Source: Eledone cirrhosa
Taxonomy: Eukaryota
Direction: 5' to 3'
DNA: 64,000 nt
NCBI GenBank assembly: GCA_964016885.1
Contig: OZ024742.1
Coordinates: 221,464,001 to 221,528,000 of the forward strand
This document shows, one piece after another, positions 25,695 through 38,079 of the stretch (position 1 is its first letter; each line of letters begins with the position of its first letter). The notes beneath the pieces were generated by a model, which was given only the letters and a program-made list of their open reading frames with translations, had not been told where the DNA came from and ran no database searches. The translations under genes and the position numbers were made by a program.

Positions 25695-26013
25695 GACCCC
25701 CTAAATCTGGTATTAGACCCAGATCAAATGTGAACTGTAGGAGGCCCCCTAAAGCTGGTATTAGGCTCAGGCAAGATGTGAAAAGTAGGCCTCCGAAACT
25801 AGTCAGCCCAGACTAAATGTGAAATATAGGCCTCCGAAGTAGACATTAACCCAGTCCAGGGGTGAAATGTAAGCCCACACTTCTCATCTCAAAGCCAGTT
25901 TTAAGCCCAGGCCAGATGTGAAATGTAGGTCCCCAAAACTAGCATTGGCCCAGGCCAGATGTGAAGTGTAGGTCCCCAAAGCTAGTATTGGTTCAGTCAA
26001 GATGTGAAATGTA
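25695..26013 (+). repeat. Degenerate tandem repeat, about 41-45 bp unit, about 7 copies
   Basis: Recurring cccaggccagatgtgaaatgtaggtccccaaa. Confidence 0.75.
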
Positions 26014-26495
26014 TTTTAGTAATCAGTACTAAATACATATGATTTATATAAGGGTTACAAATATCTGGCCACATATAGAATATGTGACTTGTTACTGCTT
26101 CGTTAAAGAATGTACAGAAAAAGCAGAGTTGCCTCCCTTATATCTGGAAATCTAATTCAAATAGAATTGAAGACAGCCTAGTTGTGAAAGTGTTAACATC
26201 AATGTAAGCTGCACACTTTCTTTAGTTATAATAATCCAAGAGAAGTTAATGGATATTTGATATTTAAATATAAGTTAAACAAATGGTTACCACAAAATAT
26301 TAAATTATAGGTTTTATGTAAATCTACTTGCTTCAGTAAATTTTATAACAGACACAATTATATTAGGGAATGGTTTGTATCCCACTGTGTGACACTTTGG
26401 GTAAATATCCTCGACTATAGGCACTGGTTGACTAATGCTTTGTGAGTGAATCTGGTAGACAGAAACTGTAAGAAAGCCTATATATATAAATATAT

Positions 26496-26722
26496 GAATG
26501 ATGATCGATGGGTAAAGACGTGCCAGGAAATGTCAGTAGAAGGAATCCGCAGTAGAGGTAGACCAAGAAAGACCTGGGCAGAGGTGGTGAGAGCTGACCT
26601 GAAATCGATGATACTTATAGAGGAAAAGACAAAGGACTGCAGCAAGTGGAGAGATGCTGAGCTGAGAAGGACACGTCCAACCCATGCAAGCATGGAAAAA
26701 CGGACTTAAAAAACGATGATGA
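26496..26722 (+). mobile_element. RTE 3' fragment
   Basis: DDRWVKTC...RGRPRKTWAEVVRADLK followed by a (GAT)n tail. Confidence 0.8.
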
Positions 26723-26799
26723 TATATATATATGTGTGTGTGTGTTGGTGCCACAACAAAATGCACTAAGTTCATCCTGTAAACATTAAACAGAGGTGA

Positions 26800-26836
<37 letters not shown>

Positions 26837-27041
26837 ACACCCTTGTTAGCAGGAAAAATGTATGTTAAATGATGATGATGATGATAGAGCTTTCCCTGTA
26901 GTTGACTTGTACATAAAATATGTAATTATATATTTCTGACAAGGGGCCAATTACATTTTGTCCACACGTCAAAAGTAGAGAGGGTTAATGCCACTTAATT
27001 TTAAAATAAAGCTGCTTGCAGCATATCTGGTGTGTGTGTGT

Positions 27042-27077
<36 letters not shown>

Positions 27078-27229
27078 GGAAACTTACACTCCAATAACAA
27101 TAACATATCTGGTATGTGTGTGAGAGAGAGAGAGAGGAGGAGAGTGAGATAGAGGGAGAGATGAGAAGACTTATAAACCCACAGCAGCAATAATAGCAAC
27201 AACAAAACAACCATAGAAAACAATATTGG

Positions 27230-27418
27230 TTTCTGATTTAGGGGAAAGTCGATTAAATCGACCCCAGTGCATGACTGGTATTTTATTTTATCGACCCCCA
27301 TAAGGATGAAAGGCAAAGTTAACCTCAGTGGGATTGGAACTCAGAACGCAAAGGGGCGTAACTCTTTGCCACGAAGGAGGGTGTTCGACGCTCTACTGAT
27401 TCTGCCAATCTGCCGCCC
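27230..27418 (-). mobile_element. SINE copy, near complete
   Basis: Family signature; the head reads gggcggcagattggcagaatc on the minus strand. Confidence 0.78.
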
Positions 27419-27614
27419 TATCTTTTAAAACAATAATAAGAACAAAGAACAATTAAGTATTTACATTTAGTGAAAGGAAAGTGATATTTTCTTACATGTA
27501 TTGTAAGTTGTGTCACTAGGTTAATTCTATGTATTTTAATGTTGTTGTTGTTGTTGTTGCATGTGTACAGAAATACATACGTGTGTGCAGAACAGATATA
27601 CATAGGCCTTTATG

Positions 27615-27874
27615 TACAGTTCCCATGACTTTCGGAAACATTTTTTCACGCTCAGAGTTGCTGAAGCATGGAACAAACTACCTGCATCAGTTGTTAGCTG
27701 TCGAGACACTGCATCCTTCAAGGCCTCCATGCTTCCTGAGATCCGCCAACACTACAGCTAACACATACACACATGTACTTCCCTGACATTTGTGTATTAT
27801 TCTATGTACTATATTGACGAGTTGTAGTGCACCTGAGCACTTTACACAATAATTTCATTATTATTATTATTATT
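27615..27874 (+). mobile_element. CR1-type LINE 3' end with (ATT)n tail
   Basis: YSSHDFRKHFFTLRVAEAWNKLPASVVSCRDTASFK is the CR1 ORF2 C-terminal motif. Confidence 0.8.
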
Positions 27875-28109
27875 ATAATATGCATTTCTTAAATATATAG
27901 TATCATAAATATACCTTTGTATGTATGTATGTATATATATATTTGAATTATATATATATATACATATATACATATTCACATATATACATATTCACATAAT
28001 ATATACAATATACACATATATATATATTGTATGTCTGTATATATGTATATCATCTCTATTACTCTCAATGTTTCTTTTTTTTTGAAGCAGTATTCTTTGG
28101 CTAATGCCC

Positions 28110-28181
<72 letters not shown>

Positions 28182-28565
28182 TGTATATGCATATGTATGC
28201 ATTCATTACATGTGCATAAGTATGTATGAATGTATATACACGCACACACACACACACACACATGCATACATACAACTTTACACACACAAATATATATATA
28301 CTTTACACACACATGTATTTCTAGAGAATGTATGCAAGGTTTTTATTTCATCTTCCATTAAATTTAGAGTAATTCCCGCTCTCTCTCTCTCTTGTTCCTA
28401 CTCTCACTCCCCTCTGACACATAGTCTCTTTATCTTCATGTAAGAGTATTTTTGTTTGGTGCAGCAATATTTATCTTTCTCTCACTCCCTTATCATTTAT
28501 CTATCTATCTATCTAGCTACATATCTAGATATCCATCCACCTATCTATCTATCTATCTATCTATC

Positions 28566-29222
28566 TGTCCGAGGTGCGTGCGAGACGAAGAAACCGTCGC
28601 GCACGCATTCATACACTGCCCGGGCGTCACTGACCTGTGGGGCTATGTAGAACGACTATTGTCGCGGGTGGGACCAATCCAGTTGACCACCGAGTCCATT
28701 GTCATGATCAAACCGCCACCCTCCTTCAAAAACGAAGGAGAGGCGGTTTTCCTTTGTGTGATAGCTATGGCGAAAGAGGTTGTATGGTGGACAAGGTTGA
28801 AAGGGCTGAGGTCAGACACCTTTCTTTCCGGCCAACAACTGATTCTTTTTTTCAAATACCACTTTGGAAGAAGAATCAGGATGGAGAGAGAGGTGCTGTA
28901 CCCCAGCAAGTTTTATGAAAGGTGGGTGAAAGTGGCGAGAATGGCCCGAGTGAATGGGCCTTCTCTCTATATCAGCCTGTAGGTTGAGGAAAAGGAGGAG
29001 GAGAGGAAAGGAGTACAAACTCTTCGTACTCCTGGAGATGAGGGTTGCACATTTTTTTTCGGGGGTATGTGTTACCCATATGAACTGTCTCCCTCTATTG
29101 GGGAAAATCGACTAACTTTTTAAATTCCATTTGTGATAATATTTTACACGTTTTTATTGTATGTAAACTTCCCCCTTTGTATTTGTCCCCTTCTTTTGTG
29201 CCCCTGTGGCTAATAAAGAAAC
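28566..29222 (+). mobile_element. L1/Tx1-clade LINE 3' fragment (CCHC zinc-binding domain) in a (TCTA)n tract
   Basis: CPRC...ETVAHAFIHC...W motif, stop at 28982, T-rich 3' UTR, AATAAA end; (TCTA)n on both flanks. Confidence 0.8.
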
Positions 29223-29223
29223 A

Positions 29224-29255
<32 letters not shown>

Positions 29256-29438
29256 CATCTATCTATTTAGCTAGCTATATATCTATCCATCTATCTATCT
29301 AGCTAGCTATATATCAATCTATCTATCTAGCTATATATCTATTTACCTATCTATCTCTCTCTCTCTCTATATATATATATTGTTATCTAATTCTATAAAT
29401 TGTGCTATTTTTCTTTTTTCTTCTCTTTCTCTGCACTG

Positions 29439-29473
<35 letters not shown>

Positions 29474-29475
<2 letters not shown>

Positions 29476-32400
29476 CATCATCATCATCATCATCATCAAC
29501 GTTTAACGTCCGTGTTCCACGCTTGCATGGGTTTGGACGGGGCTAGTCCCACTTGAGGCAAGAGTGATTGTCTTGCTTGCATAGGACTGTCTGGCAGGTT
29601 TTCTACAGTTGGATGCCCTTCCTAACACCAACCACATTTACAGTGTGGGTCTGGGAGGTTTTTACCGTGTTGCCTACACGGCCACATTACAGCGTGGACT
29701 GTGTGTTTTTTTGTCGTGACACCTACACGATCTCATTTGTTTCGGCCTGGATGGCGCGGCACCAACATAACTTTACATAGAACGGGGTGGTGTGGATGGG
29801 GTGGGGGTGGTGGTGGTGGGACGGGGTGTATTTTGTTAGAGATGCCTACTGGCTGGAGTAGGTTTTACTATATATTTAGGTAAGGCGGGTCTTCTCTGTT
29901 ACTGAGTACCGCCAAAGGTCTCGGTCCAGTGACATTGTCTTGGAGAGGTGTAAGTGTGTGAGGTCGGAGTTTATCAGCTCGTCCCAGGTTTTTCTAGGTC
30001 TGCCTATTCCGTGGCTACCGTCTATCTTTATTGCCCTGCACTTTGTTATACAGCTATCGACTTTCATGCGCATCACGTGTCCATACCAACGTAGCCTTCT
30101 CTCGAGTAAACAACATCTGATCCCTCTTATCTCTAATTTTTTCCTTAGTTCGTTTATGCTTTGCCGTTCACGTATATTACTGTTACACATCCAGCGGAGC
30201 ATGCAAGCTTCGTTTCTCTCTAGTCTGCGTATATCCTCTGCACACAATGCCCAGGTCTCACTGCCATGCAACATTGCTGTTCGTATGCAGGCATCGTACA
30301 ACCTGCCTTTCATTTTTAGGGAGAACCCTTTAGCAGCTAATAGTGGTATAAGCTCTCTGAACTTTTTCCAACCAGTTCTGACTCTAGCTACTGTACTTTC
30401 AGAGCACCCTCCCCCACTGCTGATTTTATCGCCCAGGTAACGGAAGCTGTCCACTATTTCTATAGAACCCTCTGCGCAATTGAAAGAGCTAGTATTTTGT
30501 GGGCACTTGCTGCTACTTATTGCACCAGAACACCGGCCACATGTAAAATCTATGTTCTTAGTTAGCTTACCTGTGATCCCACTACATCTTTTATGCACCC
30601 ATACTTTGCATTTAGGACATAAAATGGAGTTTCTACCTACGCCTTTCCTACACACCGAGCACGACCATTTCCCAGAAGGGACCGCCGCCTTGTTTTCTTT
30701 CCTACAAACTAGAACTTTGGTCTTAGCCAGGTTAATTTTAAGTCCTTTTGACTCTAGGCCGTGCTTCCATGTTTGGAATTTCTTCTCTAGCTCGGCCATT
30801 GATTCTGCTATGAGTGTCAGGTCGTCTGCGTATAGGAGTTCCCATGGGCAGCCTGTCTTGAACTCCTCTGTTATAGCCTGAAGGGCAATAATAAATAGTA
30901 GTGGGCTGAGAACAGAGCCCTGATGGACGCCAACTTTTACGCTAAACTCTTCACTATATTCGTTGTTAATTCTAACCTTGCTGACTGTTTCTTTATACAT
31001 GGCTTGTATAGCCCTCACAAGCCATTCGTCAACACCTAGTTTTCTAAGAGCCCACCAGATAATGGAGCGGGGGACTCTGTCGAAGGCTTTCTCCAAGTCG
31101 ACAAAAGCTAAGTAGAGGGGTTTACCTTTAGCTAGGTACTTCTCCTGTAGTTGTCGTACTATGAAAAGAGCGTCTGTGGTACTTTTGCCTGACACAAACC
31201 CGAATTGCATTTCATCTAGGTCAATTCTCTCTCTGATTAGTTGCGCTATTACTTTTTCCGTGACCTTCATGACCTGGTCGATTAATTTAATGCCTCTATA
31301 GTTACTCCTATCTAGGGCGTCTCCTTTACCCTTATAACAGTTAACGATGATGCTGCTATGCCAGTCCTTCGGAACAACCCCATTCTGTATGACTTGGTTA
31401 ACTATGCGGGTGACCATGGTGTGTCCCACCGTGCCAGATGCCTTCAGCATCTCAGCAACTATTTCCGAAGGCCCAGCCGCCTTACCCGTCTTCATATCCT
31501 TGATTGCCTTACTTATTATACTCCCCTCGACTAACACTGCTGGTCCCTCTATTGGGTCGATATGGGGGAGACTGTCTTTCTCCCATTTATTCTCCTCATT
31601 TAGTAGCCTTTCATAGTGACACTTCCAAGCTACCTTCTTATCAGCGTCGGTGATGGCAAGTATGCCATCATCGTTAAGTACACACTTCTCCCCGACAATA
31701 TCACGGTTTTCGTTGACGCATTGCCTAGCAATCCTGAACACCTCACGTTTTTGGTCATCGCGTTGTAGAACATGCTTGAACTTTCTTTCCTCAGCTTCCC
31801 TTCTTGCTAAGTACACTTCTCTCCTAGCTTCCCTCCTGGCCACTTGATAGTCTTCTCTACTTCCCCCATCCCGCCATACTTTCCAAGCCTGCTTTTTGGC
31901 CTTAATTGACCCCTCCACCTTACTGTTCCACCACCATGTTACTCTCCTCCTGCCTACAGGCCTGCTCCAGCCACAGACTTCGTCTGTCGCCAACAGCAGG
32001 TTTGCTTTCAGAAATTCCCACTGTCCCTCTATATTGTCCGACTCTAAATGTTCTTCCTTACTGTTGAAAGCATCAAGTAATATGCTTTGAAATTTATTTC
32101 TGGCTGTGGGGTCCTTTAGCTTCCATATTTTTCTCCTGAGGATAGTCCTCTTCTGCTGTCGAGTACGTCTCGTCCTGACTATGAGGTCGCTAATTATCAG
32201 TCTATGTTGGGAGGTGCATTCTTCATGGGGGAGGGATTTAGTGTTTACAACAGACACTCAGTCACGTCTTCTGGTAAGGATATAATCTACCTGGCTTGTG
32301 TGTTCCCCGGATCTATAGGTGATCAGGTGATTGTCACGTTTTTTGAAGTTAGTGTTACAGATAGTTAGGTTATTTGCATCACAGAATTCCAGGATTCTGG

Positions 32401-32956
32401 AGCCTTCCTCATTTCTAGTACCAAACCCATAGCCTCCATGGATTTTGTCGTAGCCGTCACAATGTTGTCCAACGTGACCATTTAGGTCGCCTGCAATAAT
32501 TATATAGTCACTGTCGGATATTTGGGAGGTAGTGAGCATCAGTGTCTCATAGAATCTGTCTTTTATAATGCAGGGCAGTCCGGATTGGGGTGCGTACGCA
32601 GATATTACTGTCACCGTAGTTCTATTGAGGACAAGTCGTATTTTAATTATTCTGTCGTTCACTCTATTTACGTCTATTATCTTATCTGCCCACTTTTCTG
32701 CTACCATGATTCCTACTCCACCCAGCCCATCGTCGTTTCCCACCCAGAAAAGCTTATAACATCGTTTTTTACCCTCAATGAATCTAGCAGACCCACCCCT
32801 CCACCTGGTCTCTTGAATACAACAAACATCGACCTCCTTACGTTCAAGCATTTCTACAACCTCGTTAACGCGACCCTTTAGGGTGCCTACATTTATGGTA
32901 CCAACTCTGAAGTTTTGGCTTGCGTTTGGAGGGTGGGGGCGGTGGGGGGCGGGGGG
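29474..32956 (-). mobile_element. Near full-length RTE LINE with one in-frame TGA
   Basis: ORFs 32258-33019 and 29876-32257 are contiguous in frame (RRRD*VSVVNTK); same family as 17731-21354; (CAT)n tail. Confidence 0.95.
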
Positions 32957-33145
32957 ATAATAATAATAATAATAATAGTTTCTACTTTTGGCACAAGGCC
33001 AGCAATTATCCCAGTGCATTGCTGGTGCTTTATTTCATCAATCCCGTAAGGATGAAAGGCAAAGTTAACCTCAGTGGATTTGAACTCAGAACATAAAGGG
33101 CCATAACTCAATGCTGCAAAGCATGGTGTCTGACACTCTACTGAT
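32957..33145 (-). mobile_element. SINE copy whose (TTA)n tail abuts the RTE 5' end
   Basis: Family signature ggatgaaaggcaaagttaacctcagtggatttgaactcag. Confidence 0.75.
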
Positions 33146-33344
33146 AAAATGCTTGGTTAGGGTTCAGAAAAACATCTGGTTGGGGAGGCCATGCCAAAAC
33201 AAAATGTATGAATTAGATGTGGTTCCCTGGCTGGTTTAGTCTCAGAGCATGACAGCCCATCTAGCTGAGACAGGCAAGAGAACTGGATGTTTAACCATGA
33301 TTAGGATGTACTTCACCTTCCACACTCATGATACACCTTTCTTG

Positions 33345-34050
33345 TCCAACCCAGTCCACTCTGTATGGTGATAGTGTCGGTGCCATGACAAAAAAGTACC
33401 CAGTCTACCTTGTAAGGTGGTCATACATGGTGCCATGAGGAAAAGCACACTCTCTACCTTGTAAGGTGGTTGCACTGGTGCCTTGAAGAAAAGTACCCAG
33501 CCAATCCTGGAAAGTGGTAATAGTGATGCCTTGATAAAGCTCCTAGTAAATGCTGTAATGTGGTTGGCATTAGGAAAGGCAACTCAAACTACATTTATAT
33601 GAGTTATCATACCTGGCTAGTCTCGTAACGTGACAACTCGTCTAACCCATGCAAGCATAGAAAATAGATGTATGATGATGATGACAGATGGTGACTTGAA
33701 GGTGGAATGGGGGGCAGCAAACAACTATAGCATGTAGCTAACAGAGAAGCTAGACAAGAGATCTACATGGCACAAGAAAAACTGGAAACAACAGGAAATT
33801 TGACAATATCCTGTGACTTGAAGATCAGAGGCATGTGGTGTCAGTAAGAATCAAGATGTTGAGGAAAGTCCACATTGATGACCAGATGTTGTTATGAGAA
33901 GTTTATAATGTGGAGAATGAATGGAAGGAAGAGGGACTACCCCAACTACCCCTAATTGATTCAACAGAGAGGTTGGCTAGTTAATAGTTATAAGGTTGAA
34001 GAAGCAATTAGGGAGATGAAAAATGGTGAAGCTGCTGAACCATTGTAGAT
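33345..34050 (+). mobile_element. Degenerate RTE-derived segments: about 43-bp tandem units, (GAT)n tail, then linker remnants
   Basis: ggtgccatga..aaaagtacccag repeats and ggttggcattaggaaaggca tail, followed by REARQEIY and NVENEW remnants. Confidence 0.6.
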
Positions 34051-34301
34051 AGAGATTCTTCCAGCATTACTTTGGCATATAAAGTGAAGACAATGCTTCA
34101 CTAATGACATCATATCAAGGCCAAGATAATCAAATTAATATCATTTATTCCCGCAATGTTTAAATATTTATACTAAACCTTTTAATAGTCATAGCATTAA
34201 GTATGTTAACACTAACTTAACAATAAAACCTTGATTCAAGCTATTCCTACGTATAGAAATAGAGAGAAAGTGACGTTCAAACGAGTATCTTCCACCTCCT
34301 A

Positions 34302-34600
34302 CTAACTCACCCTGCGCCTCTGGCTCCTGGCCGACAGAATAGTCGATACATTACCCTGGAGGACGGCAAGGGAAACGTGCTGGAACAGCCACTCCACATT
34401 GTGGGGCTGACACCTATGGGTGACCAACTCTGCTCTGATAGCAGTGAATAGGGGTGTGGCCTGTGGGCCAAGAATGCTGCAAGTCTCCACAGGCTCTACC
34501 ACAAACCTATCAGAGAGCGGCTGATACTTGGATTGGTTGCCCTCTTTGGCTTGGCAGGCAGCAGAGCCTGGGCTGATAGCCGAATGCACCTGGTTGCCAC
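34302..34600 (-). mobile_element. Remnant of a CRE-like non-LTR element (restriction-like endonuclease C-terminus)
   Basis: K..KY..L..RF..EPVET.SILG...WLFQHVSLAVLQGN resembles the CRE KY...P...ET.G...QR.S.A.QRGN motif. Confidence 0.65.
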
Positions 34601-35029
34601 TAGTGTAGGTGTAGATAGTTGCTGAGATATTAAAAGCATTTGGTGAAGAAGGAGTCAAGCTAGTCACTCAAGAATACATGATGTCATACCCAATGACTGA
34701 AATAGCAGTATAACAATTAATTGTTCAATCTAGAAAGGAGTAACTACATAATGTGGATGCAGATATGACTGAATGGTTAAGAAGTCCACTTCATATCATT
34801 GAAGCTGCAAGTTCCATATCACTGCCTGGCACCATGGGAAAATGCTTTGACCATATTTAGAACACACCCACATATATATATATATATATCATCATGTCTG
34901 GGAGATCAGTGGCTCTGCTTTAGAACTGACTTGGTTTATATGGAGCTATCTAACTGTTGTTAGCAGGGAAATCAAATGTGATGATAATGATGATTATTAT
35001 TAAATATATATATGCAATTTTTTTTTACT

Positions 35030-35843
35030 TCCGTTGTCACTCTTGTCTTCATAATAACAGTGACTATATTTCTATTATTTTCAGAATAATTGATTATGAA
35101 TAATTTTGAACCTCCAAATTTGTGGAAGAGACACGTAGTTCTTCTTGGAATCTGCGCCGGGAGGACAAATAAGACCAGAAGATCAACTCCCAGAACAACA
35201 GGTGGCTCGCTGTCTCATCCAAAGACGTGCCCAGAGTCATGCAGACAAAGTTTCCAGCGACAGCATTGGTCTTAGGTGTCGTCAGCAGTCAAGGTGACAT
35301 CATGCCACCTCACTTCTTCCCTGAGGGCCTCAAGCTGAACACCGATGGCTACATCCGCATTCTGAGCGAGGTAGTAAAGCCCTGGATTGACCAGGTAGCT
35401 GCAGGTAGGCCGTACGTGCGGCAGCAAGACTCAGCGGCCTGCCATACCAGCCAAAAGACCCAAGCCTGGCTGTCAGAGAACTTCGTCGACCACACTTCAC
35501 CTGACATCTGGCCTCCCAGCTCGCCTGACTGCAACCCCCTCGACTTCTTCATGTGGGGCGCAGTGGAACGAGACACCAACAGATCTAGCTGCAACATAAA
35601 AGACGATTTGAAGGCCAGGATCACAAGTGCCTTTAGGGGCCTAAGTCGGGGGACAGTGACGAAGGTCTGTAGCCAGTTCTGAGGCCGTCATCAAAGTCAA
35701 TGGCGGGTTTATCGAGTGAGATCGAAAGAACAAGTCATAAAGACAAACTGACCCAAGTTTGATAAATAAATCTTAAAAAATAAAACTACTGTGTTATTTT
35801 CTCCTAGACAGTAATCTTGCGAACAAATATCGCCCGCACCCTA
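35030..35843 (+). mobile_element. Internally deleted Tc1/mariner-superfamily DD37D (maT-type) transposon
   Basis: QQDSAACHTS...WPPSSPDCNPLD has 37 residues between the last two Asp; right end gcaccct-TA. Confidence 0.85.
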
Positions 35844-35887
35844 TATATATACATATATATGTATATATATATATATATATATACTGT

Positions 35888-36721
35888 ATCATCATCATCA
35901 TCATCATCATCGTTTAACGTCCGTGTTCCACGCTTGCATGGGTTTGGACGGGGGTTTTGCTCGCATAGGACTGTCTGGCAGGTTTTCTACAGTTGGATGC
36001 CCTTCCTAACACCAACCACATTTACAGTGTGGGTCTGGGAGGTTTTTACCGTGTTGCCTACACGGCCACATTACAGCGTGGACTGTGTGTTTTTTTGTCG
36101 TGACACCTACACGATCTCATTTGTTTCGGCCTGGATGGTGTGGCACCAACATAACTTTACATAGAGGGGGCGGTGTGGATGGGGTGGGGGTGTATTTTGT
36201 TAGAGAAGCCTACTGACTGTAGTAGGTTTTACTATATATTTAGGTAAGGCGGGTCTTCTCTATTACTGAGTACCGCCAAAGGTCTCGGTCCAGTGACATT
36301 GTCTTGGTGAGGTGTAACTGTGTGAGGTCGGAGTTTATCAGCTCGTCCCAGGTTTTTCTGGGTCTGCCTATTCCGTGGCTACCGTCTATCTTTATTGCCC
36401 TGCACTTTGTTATACAGCTATCGTCCTTCATGCGCATCACGTGACCATACCAACGTAGCCTTCTCTCTAGTAAACAACATCTGATCCCTCTTATTTCTAA
36501 TTTTTTCCTTAGTTCGTTTATGCTTTGCCGTTCACGTATATTACTGTTACACATCCAGTGGAGCATGCAAGCTTCGTTTCTCTCTAGTCTGCGTATATCC
36601 TCTGCACAGAATGCCCAGGTCTCACTGCCATGCAACATTGCTGTTCGTATGCAGGCATCGTACAACCTGCCTTTCATTTTTAGGGAGAACCCTTTAGCGG
36701 CTAATAGTGGTATAAGCTCTC

Positions 36722-36723
<2 letters not shown>
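35888..36723 (-). mobile_element. 5'-truncated RTE LINE
   Basis: ORF 36240-36677 belongs to the main RTE family; (CAT)n tail; (TA)n flanks. Confidence 0.92.
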
Positions 36724-36770
<47 letters not shown>

Positions 36771-37707
36771 TCAGTTCTAAATATGGTCAAAGCAATTGCC
36801 CATGATGCCAGGTAGTGAGATGGAACTTGTGGCCTCATGGACGTGAAGTGAACTTCTTAACCATTCAGTCATGTCTGCATCCAAATTCATATCATCATCA
36901 TCATCATCATCATAAAAATTGCCTTTCCATGCTTGCCCCCAGCCATCACTTTCCAACACAGCATCTTTCCACCTATCATATTCCTTTGTCATCTCCTCAG
37001 GTTCAGCCTTCACCAGTTCTGCCCTGGTCTTCCTTGGTCATGCTCTTCCACAGCTCCCTTCTTGGAACTCCTAGCACTTCCTCACCACCTAACAGTCACC
37101 ATCAATACATATCTCATGTCTGTACCAGTGTAATCTTTTCTCCATAGTGTGGAAGATAGACGTTAAATGACGATGAAACTATATCCGATTCCTCTTATGT
37201 TCTGTTTTTTTTTTTCAACTCATCTGTGGTTTATCGTTTATGCAATCTGTTACACATGCATCATTTCTTTCTAACCTTCTCACATCCCCTACATTCAAAA
37301 TACATGTCTCACAACCAGACAACATATACATGTCTCACAACCTCTACATTCAATATACATGTCTTACATCCTCTACATTCAATATACATATCTCACAACC
37401 AGACAACCTTGCATTTCATATGCAGACATCATATATATGTCTACACTATTAGTATAACTACTAAAAAAACAACAAAATTATTCATGATTTACAGATTGTA
37501 GAAAACAGACTATTAACTGTCAATTATGAAATATGTCAACTATTAACAAGTCAAACACCAAGGAAGCAAGACAACAACAACAATAGATGATGAAGTAGCA
37601 ATTTAGGTGGCTTAATTAAGTGTCAATGTATAATAAGTAGTGAACTTTCTATTTTGTTATTATTGATACATTAACAAGATATTCATCTCAACTCCATCAT
37701 CTACACA

Positions 37708-37995
37708 AACTCTCGGGTCTTAAATAAGCACGCCCCCCCCCCCCCCCCCACTTATTAATTTTTCAGATTATTTCCAAAACTCACCACTTATTAAATTTTG
37801 CTAATCTATCTCCGGCAAAATGTTACCGATTATACATGAGAAAAAAGTACATTACCAGAAGTCCCATACGTTATACAATAAATAGAATGAGTAGGGAGGG
37901 GTACAATATGTAAAATAAACTTCAGGTTTTAAATAAATCAAGGGAGACAACCTAAAATATAACTGATTCGCCTCTGTTATTTTGGACGTGAGAGT
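37708..37995. mobile_element. Probable MITE; a related end lies at 23577-23670
   Basis: actctcgggtcttaaataa versus ttattttggacgtgagagt form imperfect terminal inverted repeats; cttattaatttttcagatt shared with 23.6 kb. Confidence 0.45.
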
Positions 37996-38079
37996 CACTT
38001 TGCTCCCACTCTACAACATATACACACATTTGAATTGTTCAAACAAATAGTCATCAATGATGTGAATGAATATGGTAGA

